Source: a virus
Taxonomy: Duplodnaviria > Caudoviricetes
Reading direction: 5' to 3' (one strand)
Length of the DNA: 29,430 nt
Virus record (IMG/VR): IMGVR_UViG_3300011339_000613
Location: 1 to 29,430 of that record
Positions 6,425-14,921 of this stretch are shown in pieces. The translations under genes were made by a program, and so were the position numbers. The notes below the pieces were generated by a model. That model saw only the letters and a list, made by a program, of their open reading frames with translations, was not told where the DNA came from and searched no databases. Position 1 is the stretch's first letter, and every line of letters starts with the position of its first letter.

Positions 6425-7903
6425 ATGGCGGCAAGCGGCTTCACACCAATTCAGCTTTACCACAGTACGACCAATGGTGCTTTGCCACTGGCGGGTAATT
6501 TAGCTACAGGCGAACTTGCTGTAAACGTTTACAGCGGTAAGCTGTACTATAAAAATTCAAACACAGGTTTGGTCAGCATTTTGGCTGACGGTGCAATCTC
6601 AACGGGTAATTTGCCCGGTGGTTCTACGGGAACAGTTGTTTACCAAAGCGCCACTGGCGTTACAGCGTATCTGCCTATCGCTGGTGCTAGCGCTTTACTG
6701 TACTCCAACGGTACGCTACCTGCGTACTCTGCGACAGGTGCGGCAGGTTCTATTGTTTACTCTACAGGATCAGCGCCAGCTTACGCTTCAATTGGTGCGG
6801 TAGGCTCAATCGTTTACTCAAACGGATCTGCGCCCACATCGATCCCAATCGGTGCAGTTGATACCGTATTGACTTCAACGGGAACAATTCCTCAGTTTGT
6901 AAGCCAAGCTAGTTTGTCAGTAGGTACAGCGGCTACAGCAGGTTTTGCAACTACTGCTGGCGCGGCAACAACAGCGACAACAGCGACAACAGCAACTAAC
7001 CTTGCAGGTGGTGCGGCAAACAGGGTTGCTTATCAATCAAGCACAAGCAACACCACGTTTGTTGCCGCTCCAACAATTGCTGGTACGGTATTGGGATGGA
7101 CTGGATCTGTATTAGATTGGGTAGCCGCCCCAGCCGCCACAACAACAACAAACATTGCTGGTGGTGCTCAGTATCAGATCCCATTCCAAAGCGGTGTTAG
7201 CACAACAACGTTCAGTGCAAATTTGCTTTTCAATTCGTCAACAAATACGGTTGAAACGACAAACGTAACTGCAACTGGTGCAGTGGCTGGTAACACAGTT
7301 TCGGCAACTACAACAGTTGCGGCTGGAACAACGGTTACTGCGGGAACATCAGTCACAGCGACAACGTCAGTGACTGGCGCTACTGTTATTGCAAACAAAG
7401 CAATTGCACCAACAGCAACAACTGGCGCGTACAGCTACGGGACGCTGTCGTACACCGACACAAACATTTTTGAGTCAAGTCAAACTTCTGTTAACAGCTA
7501 CGCGCAGAAGATTTTGCAGAACACAAACAACGGTAGTACTGCATCGGTAGACTACATTGTTTCAAACGACTTAGGCACGGCGACAACGTACTTTGGCGAC
7601 TTTGGTATGAACAGTTCCACATACAGTGGAATTGGGCCGTTCCAGTTACCAAGTGCGGTTTATCTGTACTCAACAGACTCAGACCTTGTTATTGGTACAA
7701 AGACCGCACACCACTTGCGTTTGGTCACTAACGACAACTCAGCAGATTCAATGACAATCGACCCAAACGGCGCTGTTGCTTTTAACGGCAACTATGGCGT
7801 CGCTGGCAAGGTTCTTAGTTCAAACGGCACAGCAGGTGCTCCAACATGGATAGACGCTGGTGGCGCTCCGTCCTTCTTACTTATCAACGCAGGAGTCAGT
7901 TAA
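6425..7903 (+). CDS. Tail fibre protein
   Basis: N-terminal IQL..S.....P....LATGELAVN...GKLYYK resembles Mtd-N/hyaluronidase-N fibre anchor domains. It has 19-aa shaft repeats, Thr/Ala 6-aa repeats and a C-terminal GKVLSSNG..GAPTW motif. Confidence 0.75.
   Translation: MAASGFTPIQLYHSTTNGALPLAGNLATGELAVNVYSGKLYYKNSNTGLVSILADGAISTGNLPGGSTGTVVYQSATGVTAYLPIAGASALLYSNGTLPAYSATGAAGSIVYSTGSAPAYASIGAVGSIVYSNGSAPTSIPIGAVDTVLTSTGTIPQFVSQASLSVGTAATAGFATTAGAATTATTATTATNLAGGAANRVAYQSSTSNTTFVAAPTIAGTVLGWTGSVLDWVAAPAATTTTNIAGGAQYQIPFQSGVSTTTFSANLLFNSSTNTVETTNVTATGAVAGNTVSATTTVAAGTTVTAGTSVTATTSVTGATVIANKAIAPTATTGAYSYGTLSYTDTNIFESSQTSVNSYAQKILQNTNNGSTASVDYIVSNDLGTATTYFGDFGMNSSTYSGIGPFQLPSAVYLYSTDSDLVIGTKTAHHLRLVTNDNSADSMTIDPNGAVAFNGNYGVAGKVLSSNGTAGAPTWIDAGGAPSFLLINAGVS
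6681..6905 (+). repeat. About four tandem 19-aa (57-bp) fibre shaft repeats
   Basis: AGASALLYSNGTLPAYSAT / GAAGSIVYSTGSAPAYASI / GAVGSIVYSNGSAPTSIPI / GAVDTVLTSTGTIPQFVSQ. Boundaries are approximate. Confidence 0.75.
6965..7000 (+). repeat. 9-bp tandem repeat (Ala-Thr-Thr) x about 4
   Basis: GCAACAACA GCGACAACA GCGACAACA GCAACTAAC. Confidence 0.75.
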
Positions 7904-8341
7904 ATGGCAACGAACGCACAATATACAAAGAACGCCCGACAAGCATCGGTTGCGATCAGCACGGCAAACACAAACCGTGACGGAACAGGAACAATGACCA
8001 TTGTGTGGACTGCGCCTGCTTTTGTAGACGCAACAAACCCCGGCGGTTCACGCATCGAGCGCATCATCATTCAAGCTACTGGTACAACCACAGCGGGTAT
8101 GGTGCGCTTGTTTGTGAGTTCGGACGCAACGGCTAACAGCGCGGCAAACACGTTCTTGTACGAAGAAATCCCAGTGACTGCGGCTACACCTTCAACTACA
8201 GTGCAGGCTTATGCAGTGGCGCTACAGGCTGTGACGTACCAGACACTGTTCCCAATTATGATTGGCCCCGGATGCACCCTGCGTGTGTCCACGGCTAACG
8301 CTGAATCTTTTGTTGTGACTGCAATGGGCGGAGACTACTAA
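7904..8341 (+). CDS. Tail-fibre-associated structural protein
   Basis: Abuts the upstream gene. 145-aa beta-rich protein (ANTNRDGTGT, GSRIERI.I.ATGTTTAG.VRLF, GGDY*) lying between fibre genes. Confidence 0.65.
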   Translation: MATNAQYTKNARQASVAISTANTNRDGTGTMTIVWTAPAFVDATNPGGSRIERIIIQATGTTTAGMVRLFVSSDATANSAANTFLYEEIPVTAATPSTTVQAYAVALQAVTYQTLFPIMIGPGCTLRVSTANAESFVVTAMGGDY

Positions 8342-8342
8342 A

Positions 8343-11255
8343 ATGGCAAATGGATCTTTTGGACTTAGCGGTTTACCTACCGCACCTACCACTGTTGGCT
8401 CTGCGCCTAATAACCCATTCACGCCTGTTAGCGCCGTGGTAAACAGCACCGCTGGTTTTGAAGCTGGCGATTTAATTTATAACTTTGGTGGTGATATTGG
8501 CCCAGTGCCGGGTACTTCTGGCGGTACTGGCACGTTTGTAATCAATGATACTGCACCAACATATACACAAAATGTCACCTTTGGTGAACTAATGCCTACG
8601 CCAGTACCTTTAGGGTATAACAACAGAGGCGCAGAAAAATTAGCTGTTTTAACTGACGGAAACATTGTTATTGCTTATTTAAGAAACAGTTCATCACTGG
8701 GCAACTACCCGTGTTTTAAAGTAATTAACGAGAATGGCACTGTCATTGTTGCTGAAACAACAATTCAAGCCGCCACTGGTCAAAACGGCATGATTTCCGT
8801 TGGCGCTTTAACTGGCGGAGGTTTTGCAGTGGGGTGGATTCCATCAAACGGATCTGGTACTGGGTACGCTATTTACGCCAACCCTGTTGGTAGTAGTTGT
8901 GCTGTAGTTAAAGCGGCTACTATTGATGCGTCAGTCGTCCCCTCTGTTTCTGATAGTGTTGTACAAGTAGCCCCTCGCCCAAACGGTTCGTGGATCCTTG
9001 CTACTACAGATACTTCAAATAACTTGTACCATAAAGTTTTTGATGCTACTGGGACGCAAGTTTATAATTGGACATCACCTACGACAATTCAAAACTCCGC
9101 TCGGATGTTTAGGTACGTTGTTAGGGCTGACAACAGTTTTGTTTATTTTTCAATAAACGCGTCTGGGTACATAGCATACGGCGCGTATAACGCCACAAAC
9201 ACAGTAACAAAAGCGTTTACTGCAATTACAACGGTGACGGGAGTAGCTAATCCGAACGACTGGGGCGGCGCAACACTTCTTACTGGCACTAGGGTATTGG
9301 TGACTTGGTGTAACGGCAGTAACCAACCTTCATACGCAGAAATTGACTCCTCTAATAATATTTCAGTAGGGCCGACAGTATATTCCACGTTAAATACTAA
9401 CTATGGTTGGCGTTGGGCATCCCCAAAAGTGTTGGCTAACGGAAACTATATATTGACATTTTTGTCTTTAAGTAGCGCTCCTACCACAAATCCTTACGGT
9501 TACATCGTATGGTATGCTGTTTATAACAGTTCTCACGTTATTCAAACAACGTCAACAGGAAATTTCATTGGTGGGTTTTCTGGAAATTCAACCATGCTTC
9601 CTTCGGTTGTTGAAACCGCAAACTATATTCATGTACTTGGGACACCTACTTCGTTAAGCGGGGGTAACGTATTAAACGGTTGGAACAACGGCTCACCAGT
9701 TAATATGTTGTGGGCAAGGCTGTCTGCAACAACATACCAAACAATAAAACAAAACAGTACGACCGTTCTTATTGGTAACAGCAGTAGTTTGCCTGTTAGT
9801 GGCTATGTGCGTTCTGCCTCAACACCAAGCGCCGCTTCGTTTTATTCATCCACAACAACTACAGTAACAACTACGTCAACGGCAGGAACAATACTTGTTC
9901 CTCAAACAACGATTGACACTGGAACAATAGTTGCAATTGATACAGCATCATTGAACGATGGTACGTGTTTAATTTTGTATAGACTTGGTACTGGTGGTGC
10001 TCTTAAACTGGCTGTTGTAAGCCCAGCGGGTGCTCTGTTATCTACCACAACACTTGTAGCAAGCACTTCTTTAAATTATAGTAGCAATTCTTTTTCACAA
10101 TGCTATCGTATTGCTGTGTTGTCTGACGGAAAGATTGCAGTTTCTTACGTTTCTAGCACGGATGCGCCAACGCTGATTGTTTTGTCAAGTACATACGCAA
10201 TATTGGCAACTGTCTTACCAGCTAACGTTCAATTCTCATTAAGTACTATTGGGTATGGACTTGCCGCACTTACAAACGGCAGGTTTGTTTTAGTTTACCC
10301 AGACTCTAGTTTTGGTGGGGCTGTTGGATTCAGAGTCTACAATAGCTCTTTAACTTTAGTGTCTGGGCCAACTCAAATGCCCGGATCAACCTCACCAAAA
10401 TTACCTTCTTGCACTGGAACTCAAAGCGGATTTGTTGCTTCTTATCTTGACGGAACCGTGTTCTACTCATATACGGTAATTGAAACAACAAGCAATAATT
10501 TCCAAATATCTTCACAACAAAATATAAGTACAGCCTCATCCACGTTTAGAAACCGTAAGATGGTTACGGGGCCGAACGGAAGCATTTATGATTTTATTCC
10601 TCAAAGTGCTACGGGTTTAGTAGGGTATTTGTGTACAAACCCGGGGGCAAAATCCGCTGGCACGTTTGTACAAACCCAAGTTGCGGCTACTTTTTCGTCA
10701 AATTCAAATGATAACCAGAATATGGCTTTGGCTGTAACTGCGTATAACGAGCCAGTTATAGTTACTCAGTTCAACGCCACAACACTTTATTCTGTGTTTA
10801 ACAACGCGGGTATTGGAATAGATATTAACAGCACCAACACCGCTGTTTCTATCACAACAATGAGTTTACCAGCAACACTCACCAACAACATAATTAGTGC
10901 TTGCGCGTTGACTGGACGTACTCTTTTGGTTGCCCTTTTAAACTCAAGCAACCAACTAACCTATTTTACATACAACCCAATTACTACAACTTACTCATTG
11001 CCTTTGGTTGCTGGTGTAACAGCATCAAACCCTATGTCTCTTAGCCCTACCAATGGATTCTCCTTGGTTGGTGTCTCTTCAACAGCCGCCCCCGCAAATG
11101 GTCAGGGTACTGTTGTAATTAACGGCCCTGCGCAGTTAAGCTCAAGCTACCCCTCCACAACAGCGGGTCAAAGCTTTGACTTTGGTAACCCCGTGACATT
11201 TGGCGCGGCAGGAACAATCTCTGGTCGTAACGTAAACTTGATTGGAAATGTATGA
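8343..11255 (+). CDS. Large putative receptor-binding/fibre-tip protein with two beta-propeller-like regions
   Basis: 970 aa, Ser/Thr/Asn-rich, with recurring blade-like motifs: LTDGNIVIAY, LTGGGFAVGW, RPNGSWILA, LANGNYILTF, LNDGTCLILY, LSDGKIAVSY, LTNGRFVLVY. Confidence 0.6.
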   Translation: MANGSFGLSGLPTAPTTVGSAPNNPFTPVSAVVNSTAGFEAGDLIYNFGGDIGPVPGTSGGTGTFVINDTAPTYTQNVTFGELMPTPVPLGYNNRGAEKLAVLTDGNIVIAYLRNSSSLGNYPCFKVINENGTVIVAETTIQAATGQNGMISVGALTGGGFAVGWIPSNGSGTGYAIYANPVGSSCAVVKAATIDASVVPSVSDSVVQVAPRPNGSWILATTDTSNNLYHKVFDATGTQVYNWTSPTTIQNSARMFRYVVRADNSFVYFSINASGYIAYGAYNATNTVTKAFTAITTVTGVANPNDWGGATLLTGTRVLVTWCNGSNQPSYAEIDSSNNISVGPTVYSTLNTNYGWRWASPKVLANGNYILTFLSLSSAPTTNPYGYIVWYAVYNSSHVIQTTSTGNFIGGFSGNSTMLPSVVETANYIHVLGTPTSLSGGNVLNGWNNGSPVNMLWARLSATTYQTIKQNSTTVLIGNSSSLPVSGYVRSASTPSAASFYSSTTTTVTTTSTAGTILVPQTTIDTGTIVAIDTASLNDGTCLILYRLGTGGALKLAVVSPAGALLSTTTLVASTSLNYSSNSFSQCYRIAVLSDGKIAVSYVSSTDAPTLIVLSSTYAILATVLPANVQFSLSTIGYGLAALTNGRFVLVYPDSSFGGAVGFRVYNSSLTLVSGPTQMPGSTSPKLPSCTGTQSGFVASYLDGTVFYSYTVIETTSNNFQISSQQNISTASSTFRNRKMVTGPNGSIYDFIPQSATGLVGYLCTNPGAKSAGTFVQTQVAATFSSNSNDNQNMALAVTAYNEPVIVTQFNATTLYSVFNNAGIGIDINSTNTAVSITTMSLPATLTNNIISACALTGRTLLVALLNSSNQLTYFTYNPITTTYSLPLVAGVTASNPMSLSPTNGFSLVGVSSTAAPANGQGTVVINGPAQLSSSYPSTTAGQSFDFGNPVTFGAAGTISGRNVNLIGNV

Positions 11256-11944
11256 CAGTCCCTTTGATTACAAGCACGGTATCTAACCCTTTTACTGGCA
11301 CGTTTGGTAACGGGGTTGTTGTTCCGTTTTTAGTGTCTGGCACGTTTTATGTCCCCGCCGGTGTATCTAGCGTCCGCGTCCGAGTGTGGGGTGGTGGAGC
11401 AGGAAGTGGTGGTGGGGGCGGTGGGTTTACGCTTGAAACCATTACAGGACTTATTTCAGGCACTGCTATTGTTGTAACAGTTGGTGCGGCGGCAGGGACT
11501 TCATCTTTTGGCGCATATTGCACAGCTACTGGTGGCACTAACGGAGGCGCTGGCGGTGTTGGATCTGGTGGTGACATCAATAATAATGGTGGTGCGGGGA
11601 ATACTGGTAGCGGCGGCGGTGTTGGCGGATTGTTTGGTACTGGAGGCGGGGCAACTGCATCGGGAAACGCTGGTGGAGGTGGAGGTAGTACTGCTGGTAA
11701 CGTAGCGGGTAATGGCGTTTTTGGCTCTGGTGGTCAATACCAATCAACCACAGTTACTACTTACCCAACAAGCGGTATGATTTCAGCGTCAATTGATTTT
11801 CTTGGCACTGGGGGTGGTGGGCCAAATTTAGTGGGTGGTCTTAACGGCGGCGGCGGTGGAGTTAGTGCTCCCGGTGGATTCCCCGGAGGTGGTGGCGGTA
11901 ACGGTGGCTCTGGCGCTCGTGGCTTGGTAATTGTGGAGTATTGA
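11252..11944 (+). CDS. Glycine-rich tail fibre-associated protein
   Basis: ATGA overlap with the upstream gene. Typical SGTF.VPAGV..VRV.VWGGG...GARGLVIVEY* glycine-rich domain of phage fibres. Confidence 0.8.
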   Translation: MTVPLITSTVSNPFTGTFGNGVVVPFLVSGTFYVPAGVSSVRVRVWGGGAGSGGGGGGFTLETITGLISGTAIVVTVGAAAGTSSFGAYCTATGGTNGGAGGVGSGGDINNNGGAGNTGSGGGVGGLFGTGGGATASGNAGGGGGSTAGNVAGNGVFGSGGQYQSTTVTTYPTSGMISASIDFLGTGGGGPNLVGGLNGGGGGVSAPGGFPGGGGGNGGSGARGLVIVEY

Positions 11945-11946
11945 AA

Positions 11947-12159
11947 ATGAAATTTGCACGATTTATTGACAACACAGCCGTAGAAGTATTCACACCCCCA
12001 GACGGTTTTGGTATCTCTGATTGTTTCCACCCAACAGTTGCAAATCAGTTTGAGTCTGTTGCAGACGATGTAGACGTTGGTTATACAAAGCCTGTGGTTG
12101 AAGCTGTTGTGGTCGAAACTCCAGCGGTTGAAGAAACACCTCCTGACGCTACAACGTAA
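11947..12159 (+). CDS. Putative tail fibre assembly/chaperone-like small protein
   Basis: GGAG RBS favours the ATG at 11947. MKFARFID.TAVEVF...FHP...F..V..DV.VG pattern following a Gly-rich fibre gene. Confidence 0.55.
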   Translation: MKFARFIDNTAVEVFTPPDGFGISDCFHPTVANQFESVADDVDVGYTKPVVEAVVVETPAVEETPPDATT

Positions 12160-12353
12160 TGGAATCGGTAGACACAAAGCTCGCTGTCCACGAAGCAATA
12201 TGCTCAGAGCGATACAACAGTATTGATCGTTCTTTGCGTGATGGGGACAAGCGCATGACGAAGATTGAGTACCTCTTGTATGGGGTGATCGTCTGCGTGT
12301 TGTTTGGCCCCGGCGTTGCTGGGGAGCTAGTCAAAAAGATTCTGGGCTTGTAG
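12159..12353 (+). CDS. Small membrane protein, holin/XhlA-like
   Basis: TAATG overlap. L.VHEAIC.ERY coiled-coil followed by one TM segment (YLLYGVIVCVLFG). Confidence 0.65.
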   Translation: MESVDTKLAVHEAICSERYNSIDRSLRDGDKRMTKIEYLLYGVIVCVLFGPGVAGELVKKILGL

Positions 12354-12355
12354 CC

Positions 12356-12448
12356 ATGAGAGACTGGGTCGAAGCGTTTATTGTTGCGACCTTTGTAATT
12401 ATTTTTATAGTCTGGGGGACGTTCACCCTCATTTGGATTTGGGGATGA
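12356..12448 (+). CDS. 30-aa single-TM protein, not in ORF track
   Basis: MRDWVEAFIVATFVIIFIVWGTFTLIWIWG*. Starts 2 nt after the upstream stop and overlaps the next gene by ATGA. Confidence 0.7.
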   Translation: MRDWVEAFIVATFVIIFIVWGTFTLIWIWG

Positions 12449-12597
12449 AATGGGTACTGGTGATCTTCATGTTATTGCCGGGAGCGTCCAGTCAAAAGAA
12501 GAAAGATGAATATCGTTGTGTGCGTTGGGCATGGACAGGAGATGTCTACAACCGCAAAGTAGTATGCCTTGAGTGGCAAAAGGTTGAACGGAAATGA
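12445..12597 (+). CDS. 50-aa exported/anchored protein with two Cys, not in ORF track
   Basis: MKWVLVIFMLLPGASSQKKKDEYRCVRWAWTGDVYNRKVVCLEWQKVERK*. ATGA overlaps at both ends. Confidence 0.75.
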   Translation: MKWVLVIFMLLPGASSQKKKDEYRCVRWAWTGDVYNRKVVCLEWQKVERK

Positions 12598-13088
12598 TTG
12601 ATCCTGTTACCGCACTAGCGGGTCTTCAAAGTGCCATAGGACTTGTCCGTAAAGCGGCTCAGGTAGCAAATGACCTAGGTGGCCTAGGCGTGATGGTAGG
12701 TCGTATGTTTGACGCCAAAAGTCAGGCGTCCAAGGCGATGGTTGAAGCCAAGCGGTCAGGCAATAAGTCCAACTTTGCGCTGGCGATGCAGATAGAAAAT
12801 ACGCTGATGCAAACCGCCAAACTGGAGGCTGAGTTGCAGATGCTCTATATGCAGACTGGTCACATAGACGTTTGGAATAAGATCAAAGCAAGAGCGGCTG
12901 AGATGGATAGGGACGATGCCATAGCCGCAAGGCAGGCTAAAGAAGAAGAAAAACGCCAAAAAGAAAAAGAACAAGAAGAACTTGAACTAGCGGCTGGTCT
13001 TACAGCAGGTGCTTTTTTGTTAATGATGTTGGCGTTTGGTTTGTACGAGTTGTTTGAGTTTTGTGCTGTCAACAGGTGTGGTCGGTGA
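12594..13088 (+). CDS. Membrane-anchored coiled-coil protein of the lysis cassette
   Basis: MIDPVTALA N-terminus, charged coiled coil, C-terminal TM and a short C....C tail. Confidence 0.7.
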   Translation: MIDPVTALAGLQSAIGLVRKAAQVANDLGGLGVMVGRMFDAKSQASKAMVEAKRSGNKSNFALAMQIENTLMQTAKLEAELQMLYMQTGHIDVWNKIKARAAEMDRDDAIAARQAKEEEKRQKEKEQEELELAAGLTAGAFLLMMLAFGLYELFEFCAVNRCGR

Positions 13089-13234
13089 ATGAGTACCAAA
13101 AACAAGCTGACCTCTTCTTCAAGGTATTCGTCAGGCTCTGTGTGGCGTGGTGGGTGCTTGGTCTGCTCAAGTTCCTGCCTGACGAGTTGGCGGGGAAGAT
13201 TGTCGATAAACTACTTGGAATGATTGGACTGTAA
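13085..13234 (+). CDS. 49-aa membrane protein, not in ORF track
   Basis: GTG start overlapping the upstream TGA. MNEYQKQADLFFKVFVRLCVAWWVLGLLKFLPDELAGKIVDKLLGMIGL*. Its TAA overlaps the next ATG. Confidence 0.7.
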   Translation: MNEYQKQADLFFKVFVRLCVAWWVLGLLKFLPDELAGKIVDKLLGMIGL

Positions 13235-13737
13235 TGCTATCTCTATTCTCGACACTTGGCGGTTTGCTGATCTCAGGCTTGCCCAAACTCCTAGACTTCT
13301 TCCAGAACAAAGCTGACCAAAAGCATGAGTTGGCGCTTGCCCGTGTTCAAGTAGAACTACAGCTACAAATGATGGCTCAAGGCTTTGCGGCTCAAGAGCG
13401 CATGGAAGAGATTCGCACTGACCAGATTGCCATGCAGACCGATGCCGAGATGACGGTTGCCGCCTATGACCATGACAAAAAGGTTATGGAAAATGCAAGC
13501 ACTTGGGTGGTTAACTTTGTCGGTACTGTGCGTCCGATGGTTACTTACATTTTTGTGTTGGAACTCTGCGCTATCAATGCTTGGATTGCCTACTACGTTT
13601 ACACGCGCCCAAGTTTGGTAATGAGCATAGAAGACCTGATCCGCCTGTCTGACATTATTTTTTCCACCGATGAAATGGCAATGCTTGGAGGCATCATAGG
13701 TTTCTGGTTTGGCTCACGTAGCTGGAGCAAGAAATGA
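13234..13737 (+). CDS. Putative holin (3-TM, GTA-holin-like)
   Basis: N-terminal hydrophobic segment, DQKHEL motif, W....GTVRP.VTY, C-terminal IIGFWFGSR, directly upstream of the endolysin. Confidence 0.75.
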   Translation: MLSLFSTLGGLLISGLPKLLDFFQNKADQKHELALARVQVELQLQMMAQGFAAQERMEEIRTDQIAMQTDAEMTVAAYDHDKKVMENASTWVVNFVGTVRPMVTYIFVLELCAINAWIAYYVYTRPSLVMSIEDLIRLSDIIFSTDEMAMLGGIIGFWFGSRSWSKK

Positions 13738-14237
13738 AACTGGGCGAAGCTGGCGCTAAGTTGATGCACCAGTGGGAAGGGTATCGCACTCGCGTGTACC
13801 TCTGCCCAGCCCACATTCATACGATTGGTTACGGGCATGTACTGTACCAAGAGCAAATTAGATTGCCAATGGTCAGGAAAGAAGGCTATACAGGCATGAT
13901 TCGCAGTGAGTACCCATTAAAGCCGGAGGACAACCGTGTCTGGACTAAAGAAGAGATCGAGAAACTATTCGAAGATGACGTCAGACCTACTGAACGTGGT
14001 GTTCTTAGACTTGCTCCCGCTTTATCTGGTCGTCAAGGGGCTTTCGATACGTGCGTCAGCTTTTCCTTCAACGCTGGATTGGGTGCCTTTCAGCGGTCTT
14101 CTATTCGGATGAAGATCAATCGTGGGGACTGGGAGGGGGCGGCTGATGCGCTCATGCTGTATGTCATGGCTGGCGGTAAAGTGTTAGCAGGATTAAAACG
14201 ACGTAGGGAAGCTGAGAAAGCGTTGTTTTTATCTTAA
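13734..14237 (+). CDS. Endolysin, GH24 phage lysozyme
   Basis: E15-x8-C24-x5-T30 triad with TIGYGH, FD..VSFSFNAG, and GL.RRR.AE..LF C-terminus. Confidence 0.93.
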   Translation: MKLGEAGAKLMHQWEGYRTRVYLCPAHIHTIGYGHVLYQEQIRLPMVRKEGYTGMIRSEYPLKPEDNRVWTKEEIEKLFEDDVRPTERGVLRLAPALSGRQGAFDTCVSFSFNAGLGAFQRSSIRMKINRGDWEGAADALMLYVMAGGKVLAGLKRRREAEKALFLS

Positions 14238-14277
14238 AGGCAGACTAAAATGAATAAACCAATTCAGAGAAGATAAC

Positions 14278-14919
14278 ATGGCAACAACTCCATCATGGGT
14301 GATGACATACAACTCACTGACGAGTACGGTGCTCCAGTATCTGGAACGCTCTGATGCGGCAGTTGTCAACGCTATCCCCACATTCATCACATTGTGCGAA
14401 TTTGAGATCGCGCAAAACATCAAAACATTGGGTCAGATGGAAGTCGTTGACTCCAATATGAACATTGGCAACCCAGTGATTCCAAAGCCTGCAAGATGGC
14501 GCAAAACCACTTCTATGACTTTGTCTGTCAGTGGTCAAAAGCAACCCATGTTGGTTCGCAAGCTAGAGTACTTAAACAACTACGCTCAGGATGTTACGGC
14601 GACTGGGATACCCTTGTACTACGCTGACTACGATTACGACCATTGGTTAGTAGCGCCGACACCTAATCAAGCATATGCTTTTGAGGCGTTGTGTTACACC
14701 AGATTAGAACCTCTTTCATCGTCAAACCAGACTAACTGGTTGACAATAAATGCTCCAAATGCCATGTTGTTTGGTACTTTGAAGCAAACAGCACCGTTTC
14801 TTAAAAACGATGCACGACTGGCGCTATGGAAGTCAATGTTTGACGAAGCTCTCGCCGCCCTTAAAACTGAAGATACTCTGCGTATTGCAGACCGTTCAGC
14901 AATTGCCGTGGATAACTGA
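14278..14919 (+). CDS. Putative head-tail adaptor (second paralog)
   Basis: MTY.SL...V..YLER.D......IPTFI.L.E..I, G.PLYYA......LVAPTP..AY, TNWL...AP..MLFG.L, W...F..AL..L pattern of podovirus-type adaptors. Confidence 0.7.
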   Translation: MATTPSWVMTYNSLTSTVLQYLERSDAAVVNAIPTFITLCEFEIAQNIKTLGQMEVVDSNMNIGNPVIPKPARWRKTTSMTLSVSGQKQPMLVRKLEYLNNYAQDVTATGIPLYYADYDYDHWLVAPTPNQAYAFEALCYTRLEPLSSSNQTNWLTINAPNAMLFGTLKQTAPFLKNDARLALWKSMFDEALAALKTEDTLRIADRSAIAVDN

Positions 14920-14921
14920 TC

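Noticed and set aside
6425-11944. Diversity-generating retroelement suggested by the Mtd-N-like fibre domain
   Set aside because: No reverse transcriptase, and no template/variable repeat pair with adenine-specific mismatches was seen in the window.
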